This document shows positions 24,415 through 36,360 of a stretch of DNA of 64,000 bases, one piece after another. The stretch comes from Squalus acanthias. Lineage: Eukaryota. The stretch spans positions 40,736,001 to 40,800,000 of the forward strand of contig CM059432.1 of assembly GCA_030390025.1 (NCBI GenBank), in the 5' to 3' direction. The notes below the pieces were generated by a model. The model made no database searches. It worked only from the letters and a program-made list of their open reading frames with translations, and was not told the origin of the DNA. The position numbers and the translations under genes were made by a program. Position 1 is the stretch's first letter, and each line of letters starts with the position of its first letter.

Positions 24415-26280
24415 ACTCAGACTGTGGCGAATGACTGTCTGTTCAGATGCAGGACACTCGTGAGGGGGAGGAAGAACAGCCAGAGGTTGTTGTCCATATC
24501 GGTAGAAAGAGGGTTCAGGTCCCGCAGGCAGACTATAGGGAGCTAGGAAAGAGATTAAAAAGCAGGACCTCAAAGGTAGTAATCTCCGGATTACTCCCTG
24601 TGCCATGTGCTAGTGATACAGGAATAGGAGGATAGAACAGATGACTGCGTGGCTGGAGAGATGGTGCAGGAGGGAGGGCTTTAGATTCCTGAGGCATTGG
24701 GACCATTTCTGGGGAAGGTGGGACCTGTACAAGCCAGACGAGTTGCACCTCAACAGAGCCGGGACCAATATTCTCGAGGGGAGGTTTGCTAGTGCTGTTG
24801 GGGAGGGTTTAAACTAGCTTGGCAGGGGGATGGGCACCAGCATATAGGAGTAGAAAAGAGGAATAAGGTGCATAAAAGAGTGAGTGTTGGATAGTACTAG
24901 AGGCGGAAGTAGTACCATATTAGATAGCAGCAGACTAAGAAAGACTGCGAAAAATTCAAAAATGGGTTTAGAATGCATGTACGTAAATGCACTAAGTGTG
25001 GTGAATAAGGTTGGTGAGCTACAAGCATAATTAGTCGTGTGGCAATAATGGAAACGTGGCTTAAAAACGGTGAGGACTGGGCACTTAATATTCAAGAGTA
25101 CAAGGTGTTCAGAAAAGATAGGGAAGGAAAAAAGGGAGGTGGGGTGGCAGTGCTGATTAAGGAAGACATTGTAGTGTTGGAAAGGGAGGATGTTCTTGAG
25201 GGGACAAGGACAGAATCCATTTGGTTAGCGTTGAGCAAAAAGGGTATGATCACTATTGGGGTATTCTACAGGCCTCCAAATAGTGAGAGGGAGGTAGAGG
25301 AGCAAATCTGCAGGGAAATCGCAGAGATATGCAAGAGCTATAGAGTGGTGATATTAGGGGACTTTAATTATCCAAATATCATTTGGGATAATGCTAAGGT
25401 AAAGGGAAATGATAGGGAGGAATTTCTGAAATGTGTTCAGGAGAATTTCCTTAACCAGTATGTTCCTCGCCCAACTAGGAAGGAGGCATTGCTGAATCTG
25501 GTGCTGGGGAATGAGGTGGGCCAGGTCGACCAAGTGTCTGTGGGAGAACACTTGGGTACGAGTGATCATCGTATCATAAGATTTAGATTAGCAATCGAGA
25601 GGAGCAAGGAACAATCAAGAGTGGAACTTCTAAACTGGAATAGGGCTAACTTCAATGGGATGCAAAAGGATCTAGCCAGGGTAAAATGGAACCAAAGACT
25701 GACAGGAAAAACTGTAACGGAACAATGGGTGACCTTTAAGGAGGGGATGTTCCAAGTACAGGCTAGGTACATTCCAACAAGAGGGAAGGGCAAGGGAACC
25801 AAAGCAAGGGCTCCTTGGATGACGAGGGAGATAGAGAAGATGATGAAACAAAAAAAGAGGGCGTATGATGAATGTCAGGTGAATTCTTCAAGGGAGAACC
25901 AGACCAAATACAATAAGTTGAGAGGGGAAGTGAAGATGAAAATAAGATTGGCAAAGAGAGAATATGAGAGTAGAATGGCAGCTAACATAAAAGGGAACCC
26001 AAAAATCTTCTACCGGCATGTAAACAGTAAGCGGGTAGTAAGAGGCGGGGTGGGACCTATTAGGGACAAAGAAGGTGATATATGCTTCGAGGCGCAGGGC
26101 AAGGCTAGAATACTCAATGAGTACTTTGTAGGTGGATGCTGACAAAATATCGGTAGAAGTGGAAAAGGTAGAAGAAATGGAAGGGGTGAAAATTGATAGA
26201 CAGGATGTACTAGAAAGGCTGGGTGTGCAGGAACAGAGGAACCTGGGAGTTAATGTGCCTCGGTCCCTATATGTGGGACC
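24415..26280 (+). mobile_element. CR1 LINE 5' portion: ORF1 esterase remnant plus ORF2 AP-endonuclease region
   Basis: EQPEVVVHIG...KSRTSKVVISGLLPVP (SGNH-like ORF1); ETWL, GGGVAVLI, YRPPNS, GDFNYP, SDH motifs in ORF 25039-26142. Confidence 0.9.
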
Positions 26281-26616
26281 ATTGCACAATACCCAATCTC
26301 GGACAGCCTGTTCCCTGGTTGACTCCTCAACATACTGGTCTAAAAAAATATCTCGTACACACTCCAGGAATTCATCCGCCACAGTATTATTGCTAATTTG
26401 GTTTGGCCAGTCTATATGTAGATTAAAGTCACCCATGATTACTTTAGTACCCTTGTTACATGCATCTCTAATTTCCTGTTTGATGCCATCCCCTACATTA
26501 CCACTACTGTTTGGAGGCCTATAGACAACTCCCACCAATGTTTTCTGCCCCTTGGTGCTTCTTAGCTCCACCCAGACTGATTCTACATCTTCATTTTCTG
26601 AGCCAATATCCTTTCT
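26281..26616 (-). mobile_element. CR1 endonuclease fragment in opposite orientation
   Basis: ESVWVELR...VGVVYRPPNS...MGDFNLHIDW...FLDQYVEESTR. Confidence 0.85.
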
Positions 26617-26712
26617 CACTGGATTGCTCTATAGAGATCCGGCATGGACTCAATGGGCCGAATGGTCTCCTTCTGTGCCGTTATGACTCTATGATCATTG
26701 AAGAGTTGAGTC

Positions 26713-27137
26713 ATAGAGTCATAACGGCACAGAGGAGGCCATTCGGCCCATCGAGTCCGCGCCGGCTCGCTGTAGAACAATCCAGTCAGTCCCATTCCCC
26801 CGCTCTATTTCCGTAGCCCTGCAAGTTTATTTCCCTCAAGTGCCTATCCAGTCTCCCCTTGAAAGATTCAGTGTCTTGCTTCCACCACTTCCGTCGGCAG
26901 CGAGTTCCAGGTCCTCACCACTCGCTGCGGAAAAAAGTTTTTCCTCACATCCCCCCTGTATCTCTTGCCCAAAACCTTAAATCTGTGTCCCCTAGTCCTT
27001 GTACCATCAACTAGTGGGAACAGCCATTCCCCGTTTAGCCTATCCAAACCCGTCATAATCTTGTACACCTCTATCAAATCACCCCTAAACCCCCTTTGCT
27101 CTAATGAAAACAAATCCAGTTTCTCCAACCTGTCCTT
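26713..27137 (-). mobile_element. CR1 LINE 3' fragment
   Basis: LEQRGFRGDLIEVYKIM, TRTRGHRFK, RVVRTWNSLP. Confidence 0.9.
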
Positions 27138-27486
27138 GACTATAGAAAAGTCCTACACCAACAACAGCTTCAGCAAGAATTAGAAATCCACCGTGGGAGA
27201 TACAGCAACAATATAAATGTTTGTAATGTAAATAATTAGGAATAAGAGGTTTGGGGGGAGGAAAGAACAAAATTACTATCATCTTAAAGTTTTGGAAATT
27301 GGTCTGAGTATCAGTAATGTGTGTAATATTTCTACCTCGAGTCAGTGATGTGATATATTCCTTCAGTAAAAGTGCTGTATTACAGTGATGGGTAAACAGC
27401 TGTCATATTTAGTCTGCAGCAAGACACGATAAAGGTCAGAAGCCACACTCCAGGTCCCGGACTACTTGTAAGCAATGCCATGGGAG

Positions 27487-27756
27487 CAGGGTTGCCAACT
27501 CTGGTTGGACATATTCCTGGAGGTTTTATCACATGAACTCTTGCCTGCAACTGCCCTGCCCAATCAAACAGCCTTTTCCTCCTCTCTCTAATATTTTTTA
27601 TAACTAAAAAAATGAAAATGTTCAAAGAAAATGAAAAGAAACACTTTCTTTAAATGCCTCTATGATTTTCCTCCTGGGTTGCTCGCAGTAGTGTCCAGGT
27701 GATTAATCTTTAATTCCTGGAGATTCCAGGGCATACCTGGAGAGTTGACAACCCCA
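27487..27756. mobile_element. Non-autonomous hAT-type element with perfect 8-bp TSD
   Basis: Termini CAGGGTTGCCAAC / GTTGACAACCCCA; CATGGGAG at 27479-27486 and 27757-27764; sister copy at 38971-39229. Confidence 0.85.
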
Positions 27757-28270
27757 CATGGGAGATCCAGTTGGATATTTAACATTGATTAAAACATTTT
27801 TAACTGATATTCCTTTTAATGATGTGAATCCTTCACTATATATTCTTGTCCTCTCTGATGCTGTCTATGATTGAAGGAAGTATGTAGATCATCCAACATA
27901 CTGCAGATAAAGGTTCTTGTTCAGACTGAAAAGAATACTGCAGAGCAGTTGGTATGCTTCCATGTTCTTCATTTCAGTGATAACACTCATGCTGCTTTCT
28001 GGGCCTTTTAATATAATGAAGCTATGATGTGTATGTAAGGTGTTGTTCAATGAATTGGCCAAGGGGCTGCATTGAACTCTATATGGCATGGCTCGGCAAT
28101 ATAAGCAGTTTAATCATCTGGTAATCCTGTGCAGCAGAATCAATTTGTAAATGAAGATCATGGAAAAGGATAGCTTCTGGGGAAATGTTTTTGTTGTCTT
28201 CTTTATAATAACCATCTTTCAAGCTGTAAAGGTTTTGAGCATGGCAGTGAGGGTGATCTTAAGCAATATA

Positions 28271-28602
28271 CAGGAAACTTTCGTTTATCCGGCACCGACG
28301 GGACCGGCGTGGTGCCGGTTGATCGAAAGTGCCGGATTACAGAGAGGTATACTTACCAAGGTACGAGAGCCCCGTACACGGCCACAGGCTGAACAATTGG
28401 GACCCGGAGAGGGAAGGTAAACGAGACTCCGGCTTTTTCCTCCGTGGCGGCGACAGGTCGGAGTCGGAAGAACGTTGACCCCCCTTTCGTGGGGGCGAAA
28501 GGTCAGAATCGGGGTCTTGTCTGTATAATAAAACTTACCTGATTTTTGCCGGTTAAGCGAGAATTCCGGATATTAGGGTGCCGGATAAACGAAAGTTTCC
28601 TG
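28271..28602. mobile_element. Tc1/mariner-pogo-type MITE, perfect 26-bp TIR, TA TSD
   Basis: TA|CAGGAAACTTTCGTTTATCCGGCACC...GGTGCCGGATAAACGAAAGTTTCCTG|TA. Confidence 0.92.
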
Positions 28603-29137
28603 TATGAAGAATGCTACCTAAACCAAGGACAAGATGATCTTCTGCAGGGAAAGACCAAAGGTCTGTAAATTTTTTGGCATGTTCATTGTCTTTTTAAGAG
28701 CATTTATTTAATGATTTAAATTCAAGTGTATTACATCTCCAACCCAGAGTGGTTTTATTATTTATGACATATTTATACTTTGTTATTCTATAAATACATG
28801 GCATAAATAATAAAACCACTGTGTGTTGGAGGAGTAATACATTTGAATGTATAATATAGTTCCATGATGAATCAATCACTATAGCCACATTTTCAGTAAA
28901 GACAATTTGAGTGTCCCTACTGCAACTGGCTTGAATCAGTTTTAGTCAGTACAATCCGTAAACAAAATCTGGGACTTTCCACTCTGTCTGACTTGGTAAA
29001 ATGTTGCCTGTACCAACAGTGCCATCAGGGAAGCATGGCTTACATATTTAAAAATAAATAAATATGATTTGTCAATTCATTCCAATGAATAAAAAAACCT
29101 GTACCGTGCCACAGTGTAAATGACGAGTCGGTAAATA

Positions 29138-29347
29138 GAGTAATCTGGAACTCTCTCCCTCAAAAAAGTTGTTGCGGCTCGGTTAATTGAAAATTTCAAA
29201 ACTGACATTAATAGATTTTTTTTAGGTAAGGGTATTAAGGGATATGGAACCAAGGCAGGTAAATGGAGTGAAGATACAGATCAGCCATTATCTAATTGAA
29301 TGGCGGAACAGACTCAAGGGGCTGAAAATGCCTACTTCTGTTCCTAT
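29138..29347 (+). mobile_element. CR1 3' end
   Basis: TGGAACTCTCTCCCTCAAAA...CAGATCAGCCAT...CCTACTTCTGTTCCTAT; tail resumes (ATGTTCCT) after the MITE at about 30259. Confidence 0.8.
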
Positions 29348-30257
29348 GACCGGAATTTTAATCTGGAGGCGGGTCGGGTGTAGGAGGGACTCGAAAGTGG
29401 TCGGGAAACCCAGGAGAACGGGTTTCCCGCAGGCCTTGCCGAATTTAACAGCAGGGCCAGATTAGCATTTCAAAGCTCTGTTTCCCACCCTCAGCCAGCC
29501 AGATGGAGTGGCTGGCTGGCTGCGGCCAGATAGGCCTGTGGCACTAGGCCACAGGGAGGAGGGAGGGAATTGGGGTGGGGGGGTGGTCGGGAGCTGGAGG
29601 ATTGGGGCCGGCCGGAGTAGCATCGGTGGGGCGGGGGGGGGAGAGGATTGGGGCCGGCCGGAGTTGCACCATGGGGGGGGCGGGGGGGAGAGAGGATTGG
29701 GGCCGGCCGGAGGAGCATCGGGTGGGGAAGAATCGGGGCTGGACTAGCATTGGTGGGGAGAGGATTGGGGCGGGGGTGGTCGGGAATCGGGAGCTGGAGG
29801 AACATCGGGGCTGGAGGGGGGACTCCGGGAAGACGATCAGGGGCTGGAGGGGGGATTGGAGGCCTCATGGGGGGATTGGAGGCCTCATGGGGGGGGCGGG
29901 GGGATAAGAGGCAGGGCTGCTGGATCCAGGAGGAAAGTGGAAAGGCACTTCCCTCCTGGATCCAGCAATCCTTGCCTTATTTTAGCTGGCGGGTTCCCCG
30001 CGGCCTGCGAAACCTGACCAGCTACAGTTAAATTTATAATGGTGGTTAAATCTGAGGCATGCCAGCCTCGTTATAATATTTAAATGGGCGCCCCCCCCTC
30101 CTGGGAGCAGGTTGGCTGCCCACCCCCCGTCCCGCCTCCGTTAAAACCAGAAGTGGGCGGGTTGGAGGCGGGCTGGGGTCGGGATTCAGTTTTTTTTAAC
30201 ACTTTAACCTCCTACCCAACCCCAACCCACCCATTTTTGAGGATTAAAAGTCCCCCC
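29348..30257. mobile_element. Harbinger-type non-autonomous element with G-rich internal tandem repeats
   Basis: Termini GACCGGAATTTTAATC / GATTAAAAGTCCCCCC; 3-bp flanks TAT and CAT; interrupts a CR1 tail. Confidence 0.65.
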
Positions 30258-30462
30258 CATGTTCCTAGAGTATGTTCAGATTCTTTTGTACTGGTACAAA
30301 GATAAAAAGTCAGTATTTGCTGAACAAGTTTTAAACAGTAATAAACATAGGACTGCAGACACCATCTTATCAAACCAAGGATAGTCTAGATAATTGACAG
30401 AATTAGCCTCCAGGCATCCAGTTCTACACCTAATTTAGGCAGACATTATGCACACAATCATA

Positions 30463-31440
30463 TCATAGAATCAGAATGGTTACAGCACGGAAGAAGGCCA
30501 TTCGGCCCATCAAGCCCATGCCGGCTCTCTGCAAGAGCACTTCAGCTAGTCCCACTCCCCCACCCTTTCCCCGTAGCCCTGCAAATTTCTTTCCTTCAGG
30601 TACTTATCCAACTCCCTTTTGAAATCCGTGATTGAATCTGACTCCACCACCCTTTCAAGCAGTGCATTCCAGATCTTAACCACTCGCTGCGTAAAAAAGG
30701 TTTGTCTTACGTCGCCTTTGGTTCTTTTGCCAATCACCTTAAATCTGTGTCCTCTGGTTCTCGACCCTTCCGCCAATGGGAACAGCTTCTCTCTATCTAC
30801 TCTGGCCAGACCCCTCATGATTTTGAACACCTCTATCAAATCTCCTCTCAATCTTCTCTGCTCCAAGGAGAACAACCCCAGCTTCTCCAGTCTATCAACA
30901 TAACTGAAATCCCTCATTCCTGGAATCATTCTCGTAAATCATTTCTGCACCCTCTCTAAGGCCTTCACATCCTTCCTAAAGTGTGGTGCCTAGAATTGGA
31001 CACAGTACTCCAGTTGGGGCTGAACCAGTTTTATTCAGGTTCAACATAATTTCCACACTTTTGTACTCTATACCTCTATTCATGAAGCCTAGGATCCCAT
31101 AAGCCTTTTTAACTGCTTTCTCAACCTGCCCTGCCACGTTCAACGATTTATGCACACATACCCTCAGGTCTCTCTGTTCGTGCACCCCCTTTAGGATTGT
31201 ACCATTTAGTTTATATGTCCTCCCCTCATTCTTTCTACCAAAATGTATCACTTTACACTTTTCTGTGTTAATCTTCATCTGCCACGTGTCTGCCTATTTC
31301 ACCAGCCTGTTTATGTCTTCCTGAAGTCTATCACTCGCCTCCTCACTGTTCACTATATTTCCAAGTTTTGTGTCAGCTGCAAATTTTGAAATTGTGCCCT
31401 GTACAGCCACGTCCAAGTCATTAACATATATGAAGAAAAG
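30463..31440 (-). mobile_element. CR1 LINE 3' fragment
   Basis: YVNDLD...SKFAADTK, KCKVIHFG, LEQRRLRGDLIEVFKIM. Confidence 0.92.
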
Positions 31441-31454
31441 CAGTTTCCATAACT

Positions 31455-31780
31455 CCCCCCACCGCCCCACTCCTCTCCTGAAGGTGCTGACTTGTGCTGG
31501 AGTACCGTTACATGGATGCCAGCCACCCTCTGATATCTTGGCCAAATGACCATTTTTCATGCGTGATCCTACACAGTGAATGTTGCAGCTTTTTGAAGGT
31601 AAGGGCATCACAGCAGAGCCCAATCCTCTTCTTACACAATGTCTACATTGTACACATCCCAGCAGGAGCTACTAGGAGTAGGAACTCTGGCTGATTTTAT
31701 TTCCCTGCCGTGATGCTGAGCCCAATTGTAGCAGCCATGTTGCTGCACCAGCTGAGATCAGATAATTCATCACAGACTTG
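31455..31780 (-). mobile_element. AmnSINE2-like old SINE
   Basis: CTCTCCTGAAGG, TTGGCCAAATGACCATT, CCAATTGTAGC, CTGAGATCAG motifs shared with the other copies. Confidence 0.5.
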
Positions 31781-34287
31781 AACTTCAGAAAAATAGAAAC
31801 AAACATAATGACAGTATCAGTTGCACAGTGGGCAGCTCTCAGATTTCCTGTTAGTCACCAATGATTAAAAATATCTACAACAACATGATGCAGGCTGATA
31901 TTAATCCAAGGTCATGTTAACTGGAAAGATAAGAGCTACTATTAATTCATGTTTAATCTTCATCCATTGTTATTGTTTGTATCACAAGTGTAATCAGACA
32001 AATATCGTAAACCAATAACTAAGAAGGACAGAGAGCATATCGCAAACTAACACAAGTTTAACTGTTGTATTTGTTGTAGACTTTGTCCCTGTTTTGCTTT
32101 GACTTAGTAAAGTAGAACCTTTAAAACTAGTCAGTACAAATTATAACTGCAAAAGTTCATGTAAAATTCATCCTAACATTGAAAATGTTTAAACGGTGGT
32201 TTGTGTAAATTTGATTTTTTTTTGGCAAAGTCGATACCTCATTAACTAGGTGATCAGACTTTAGACCTTCACTTTCAGCTGACTCAGACTGTTTCTCAGA
32301 CGACATGACTCCTTCGTACAAACGTGTGTTGAATAGGTCGCTGATAACTTACTCAACCACACAGATCAGCAAGGTTCCTGGTTTAATCCTCAGTCTGTGC
32401 TGTTATCTGATTTTAGCTGGGGGTGTATTGCAATGAGGCTTAGTGCCTCTGGCTAATGAGAGGAAAAGGTAACTATGGTTCCCACTCCCGATCACACTCT
32501 GCCGACCCCTGGTGACATGTGTGAACAGATTTAGGCTCATCTAGGATGTTGGAAAAAGTCCAAAAATCTCTGTTATAAATTCAGGTTTGACATAGATACT
32601 TTCTTGGGTTCAGTGGCCTCAGTTGCCCCTGTAAATGGTCTGAATATCTTACCTTTATAGAAATTGGCTCACACTACCCCACATACTTGTACGATAACGT
32701 AACCCGGGATGTAACAATAGTACTCCCATGTGACCTGAACTGGATATTCATGTCTTTCACACATGCACTGCTTCAATCTTTCCAAAAGTGGACCGAGCAA
32801 ACACTTGGTGAATCGAGACCCAATACAAATCAATGTTCCTTTATTTCATAGTAAGACAAACATACCGAATGGCAGTTATAATTTGACTCACTTAATTCAA
32901 ACAGTAGAACTTATGTTTGCAGTATTGCCAACACCACCACCTCATAAATCAGGAGACAAACTCTTAAAAATCATGAGATTTGGTATAGAAATCATGAGTT
33001 GCTATTTTTTTCAAACATAAACCAATGAAGATTGACAGTTGGTTTATAAACCTCATTAGTGGCTTGATTTAATCTCTACCATGTCACAGCTCCTTACAAA
33101 AACTGTATTACTCCATCTGAAAATGCTTTACAAAAAACTTTAAGAAAATCCTACCTGTTATCACCACGTTGTTATGTTTGGTACTCCTCTTGAGTTTTGG
33201 GCGGGTGATTTTTCAGTATCAGGTAAGCGTGAAATGATTGTATTCTAAACAAAAATTAAGACTTTGTAATGCCCGGTTTTTCAAAGACTTAGCATGGCAT
33301 GTGACAGTGCTAATGATTGATTGATGTGTGGTCTGATGGTGGGTGATATTTGAGCTCAGGCCGCTGTGGGCTCGGCACACAGTCCTGCTCCGCAGCTCAC
33401 TGTCTGCCCTATAGGCTATTTACCATTTCCATCACAGCACCAACAGCTGCCTGTGCTGTCTTCAATGAACAAAGTTATACTATGTAAGGTGCTCCCTGTC
33501 CTGCTGCGCATGCTCAATATTTCCTGAGCGCTTCTGACCACGTGCTCCGAAGCTGCAGGATAAGTTTGTCAAAGCCGCCAAGGAATTCCCGAAACAGTCC
33601 AATGTGGTGAGCTCCTGGTTATTATAGTTGTGTATTTCTACCATTTTTGATTCACATTCCCGATGTTCACAATGTCTCCTTTCATCTCTGAATGAGTGGC
33701 AGTTCCCACTCGCATCATCTCATTCCTGGTAATGCTTTCAGCCCTTGAAGCACACTCCACCCTCTTTCATTTGCATGATTTGAATTGAAGTGCTATGGGA
33801 AAGCAGCACACCACGTGCGACCTCCGGCCGGGTCCCCAGCAATGTGAGTCACGAGGCAGGGTGCGCGCGAAGAGAGCGCTGGGTGCAGGCAGTGCAGGAA
33901 TAGAACACCCGCTACCAAAGGTTCCAATCCCCGTGTGCATGCCCCCGGGGAGCGTTCCAATCCCCTTGGCCTATGCTAAGTGGCGCTGCCCGCACTGACC
34001 AATTGGAGTACTGCCATGCTGTTCAACTACCATCCAGCATCATTCCCCAAGAAAAAAAACCACGAAATTTCGCTGTTGAATCGCAAGTTGGGCTTAATTT
34101 TCATTAAAAATAGCGAGAGTTGGCATTACTGTGTTTTAGTAATTATACAAAATAAAGAATGCAGCACACTTTCTCACATCATTAGGTCATCTTGCTTGAC
34201 TTGAGCAGGATGACTTCCAACTATTGGTCCAGCATTTAAGAACAGAAAATGCTGGAAACACTCAGCAGATCAGGCAGCATCTGTAGA

Positions 34288-35296
34288 GGGTGATTTTTAA
34301 CCCTACTCGCTCAGCAGAAACCTGGCGGGTAGGCAGTTAAAATCGCCCTGTCTGAAAGCCACCATGATCGCAACATCTACAATTTTAGTAATTATACAAA
34401 ATAAAGAATGCAGCACACTTTCTCACATCATTAGGTCATCTTGCTTGACTTAAGGTATTGGTGAGACCGCACCTGGAATACTGTGTACAGTTTTGGTGTC
34501 CATACTTAAGAAAAGACATACTTGCTCTCGAGGCAGTACAAAGAAGGTTCACTCGGTTAATCCCGGGGATGAGGGGGTGGACATATGAGGAGAGGTTGAG
34601 TAGATTGGGACTCTACTCATTGGAGTTCAGAAGAATGAGAGGCGATCTTATTGAAACATATAAGATGGTGAAGGGGCTTGATCGGGTGGATGCGGTAAGG
34701 ATGTTCCCAAGGATGGGTGAAACTAGAACTAGGGGGCATAATCTTAGAATAAGGGGCTGCTCTTTCAAAACTGAGATGAGGAGAAACTTCTTCACTCAGA
34801 GGGTAGTAGGTCTGTGGAATTTGCTGCCCCAGGAAGCTGTGGAAGCTACATCATTAAATAAATTTAAAACAGAAATAGATAGTTTCCTAGAGGTAAAGGG
34901 AATTAGGGGTTACGGTGAGCGGGCAGGAAATTGGACATGAGGCTGAGTTCGGATCGGTCAGGGCCCTGTGGGTGGCGGAGCGGGCCCAGGGGCTGAGTGG
35001 CCGGGTCCTGCTCCTACTTCTTGTGTTCTTTAGATATGAGGTTAGGATCAGATCAGCCATGATCTTATTGAATGGCGGAGCAGGCTCGAGGGGCTGATTG
35101 GCCTACTCCTGCTCCTATTTCTTATGTTCTTATGTTCTTAACATGCTCTCCTGAGCAGGCAGCAAAGACACGCATCTGGAACCAACAGGGCCCTTCTTTA
35201 CATATGCATGTTGCGGCCCGATGACATCATTGAGACTCGACTGTAATTTTACTCAGGCCTGATCGGGGAATCCATCTGGAGTTAAAATAGCGGCCC
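34288..35296. mobile_element. Harbinger-type MITE (34288-34382 and 35141-35296) split by a CR1 and itself inside a Penelope-like terminal repeat
   Basis: Termini GGGTGATTTTTAAC / GTTAAAATAGCGGCCC; flanks continue the Penelope repeat (CAGCATCTGTAGAG...GACCTTTCATCAGAACT). Confidence 0.6.
34452..35140 (+). mobile_element. Young CR1 3' fragment, nearly identical to 4655-5306
   Basis: ORF 34458-34940 differs from 4660-5133 by one substitution and a 3-aa indel; same tail. Confidence 0.95.
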
Positions 35297-36140
35297 TGTG
35301 ACCTTTCATCAGAACTGGAAGATGTTAAGATTAACAGCAGTGCGGAATCAGGGAAAAGGGGAGTGGGAGGAAAAGAGCAAAAAGGAGAGGTCTGTGATAG
35401 GGTGGAGGACAGGAGTGATTAAATGACCGAAGTGATCACGGAGCAAGGCAAAATGAGGTGATAATGAAACAAGTATAATAGGGAATCGCCAAGCACCAGC
35501 CCACACCTTCTCCACTCCCAGTGGCTCTGGTGCAGCCATCCTCCATTACCAGCACCTGCCGCCTGAGAGAAAAAAATGCTCCGGTGGTTAAGATCTAAAG
35601 TTGTTAAATTCGATGTTAAGGCCGGAAGGCTGTGAAGTACCTAGTCGAAGGATGAGGTGCTGTTCCTCGAGCTTCATTGGAACAGTGTAAGAGGTCAAGG
35701 ACAGAGATGTCAGAGTGAGAGTAGGATGGAGAATTAAAGTGACAAATGGCCATAAGCTCAGGGTCAGGCTTGTGGACTGAATGGATGTGTTCAGCAAGGC
35801 GATCACCCAATCTGCATTTGATCCCCCAATGTAGAGGAGACCGCATCGTGAGCAGCAAATACAGTATACTAAGTTTGAAGTACAAATAAATTTCTCTTTC
35901 ACCCGGAAGGACTGTTTGGGGCCCTGGACAGTGGGAAGGGAGGACGTGAAAGAGCAGGTGTTGCATCTCCTGCGCTTGCATGGGAAGGTGCCAAGGGAAG
36001 TGTAGCAGGTGTGGGGAGTGATGGAAAAGTGGACCAGGGTCCCACAGAGGGAACGGTCACTTCAGAATGCTGGGAGTGGAGGGGAAGGTGTGTTTGGTGG
36101 TGTCATCTCACTGGAGGTGGCAGAAATAGCAGAGAATAAT
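35297..36140 (-). mobile_element. Penelope-like element fragment (GIY-YIG); terminal part continues at about 34240-34287
   Basis: FICTSNLVYCICCSRCGLLYIG, HFNSPSYSHSD, LEEQHLILRLGTSQPSGLNIEFNNFRS. Confidence 0.85.
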
Positions 36141-36199
36141 CCATTTTCGTTAGTGGATTATTAATGGGAAAAAACATTGTCCTGTTTTCCATTGTAAGA

Positions 36200-36360
36200 A
36201 GCGTATGAGGGAAAAGGGAATAGAGGGTTATGCTGATAGTTTTAGATGAGGAAAGACGGGAGGAGGCTCGAGTGGAGCATAAACGCCGGCATGGACTGGT
36301 TGGGCCGAATGGCCTGTTTCTGTGCCGTATATCCTATGAAATCATATGTAATCCTATGTA
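36200..36360 (+). mobile_element. CR1 3' tail
   Basis: Near-identical to 58540-58690. Confidence 0.8.

Noticed and set aside
29491..30031. Pro/Gly-rich ORFs
   Set aside because: Artefacts of G-rich tandem repeats within a MITE
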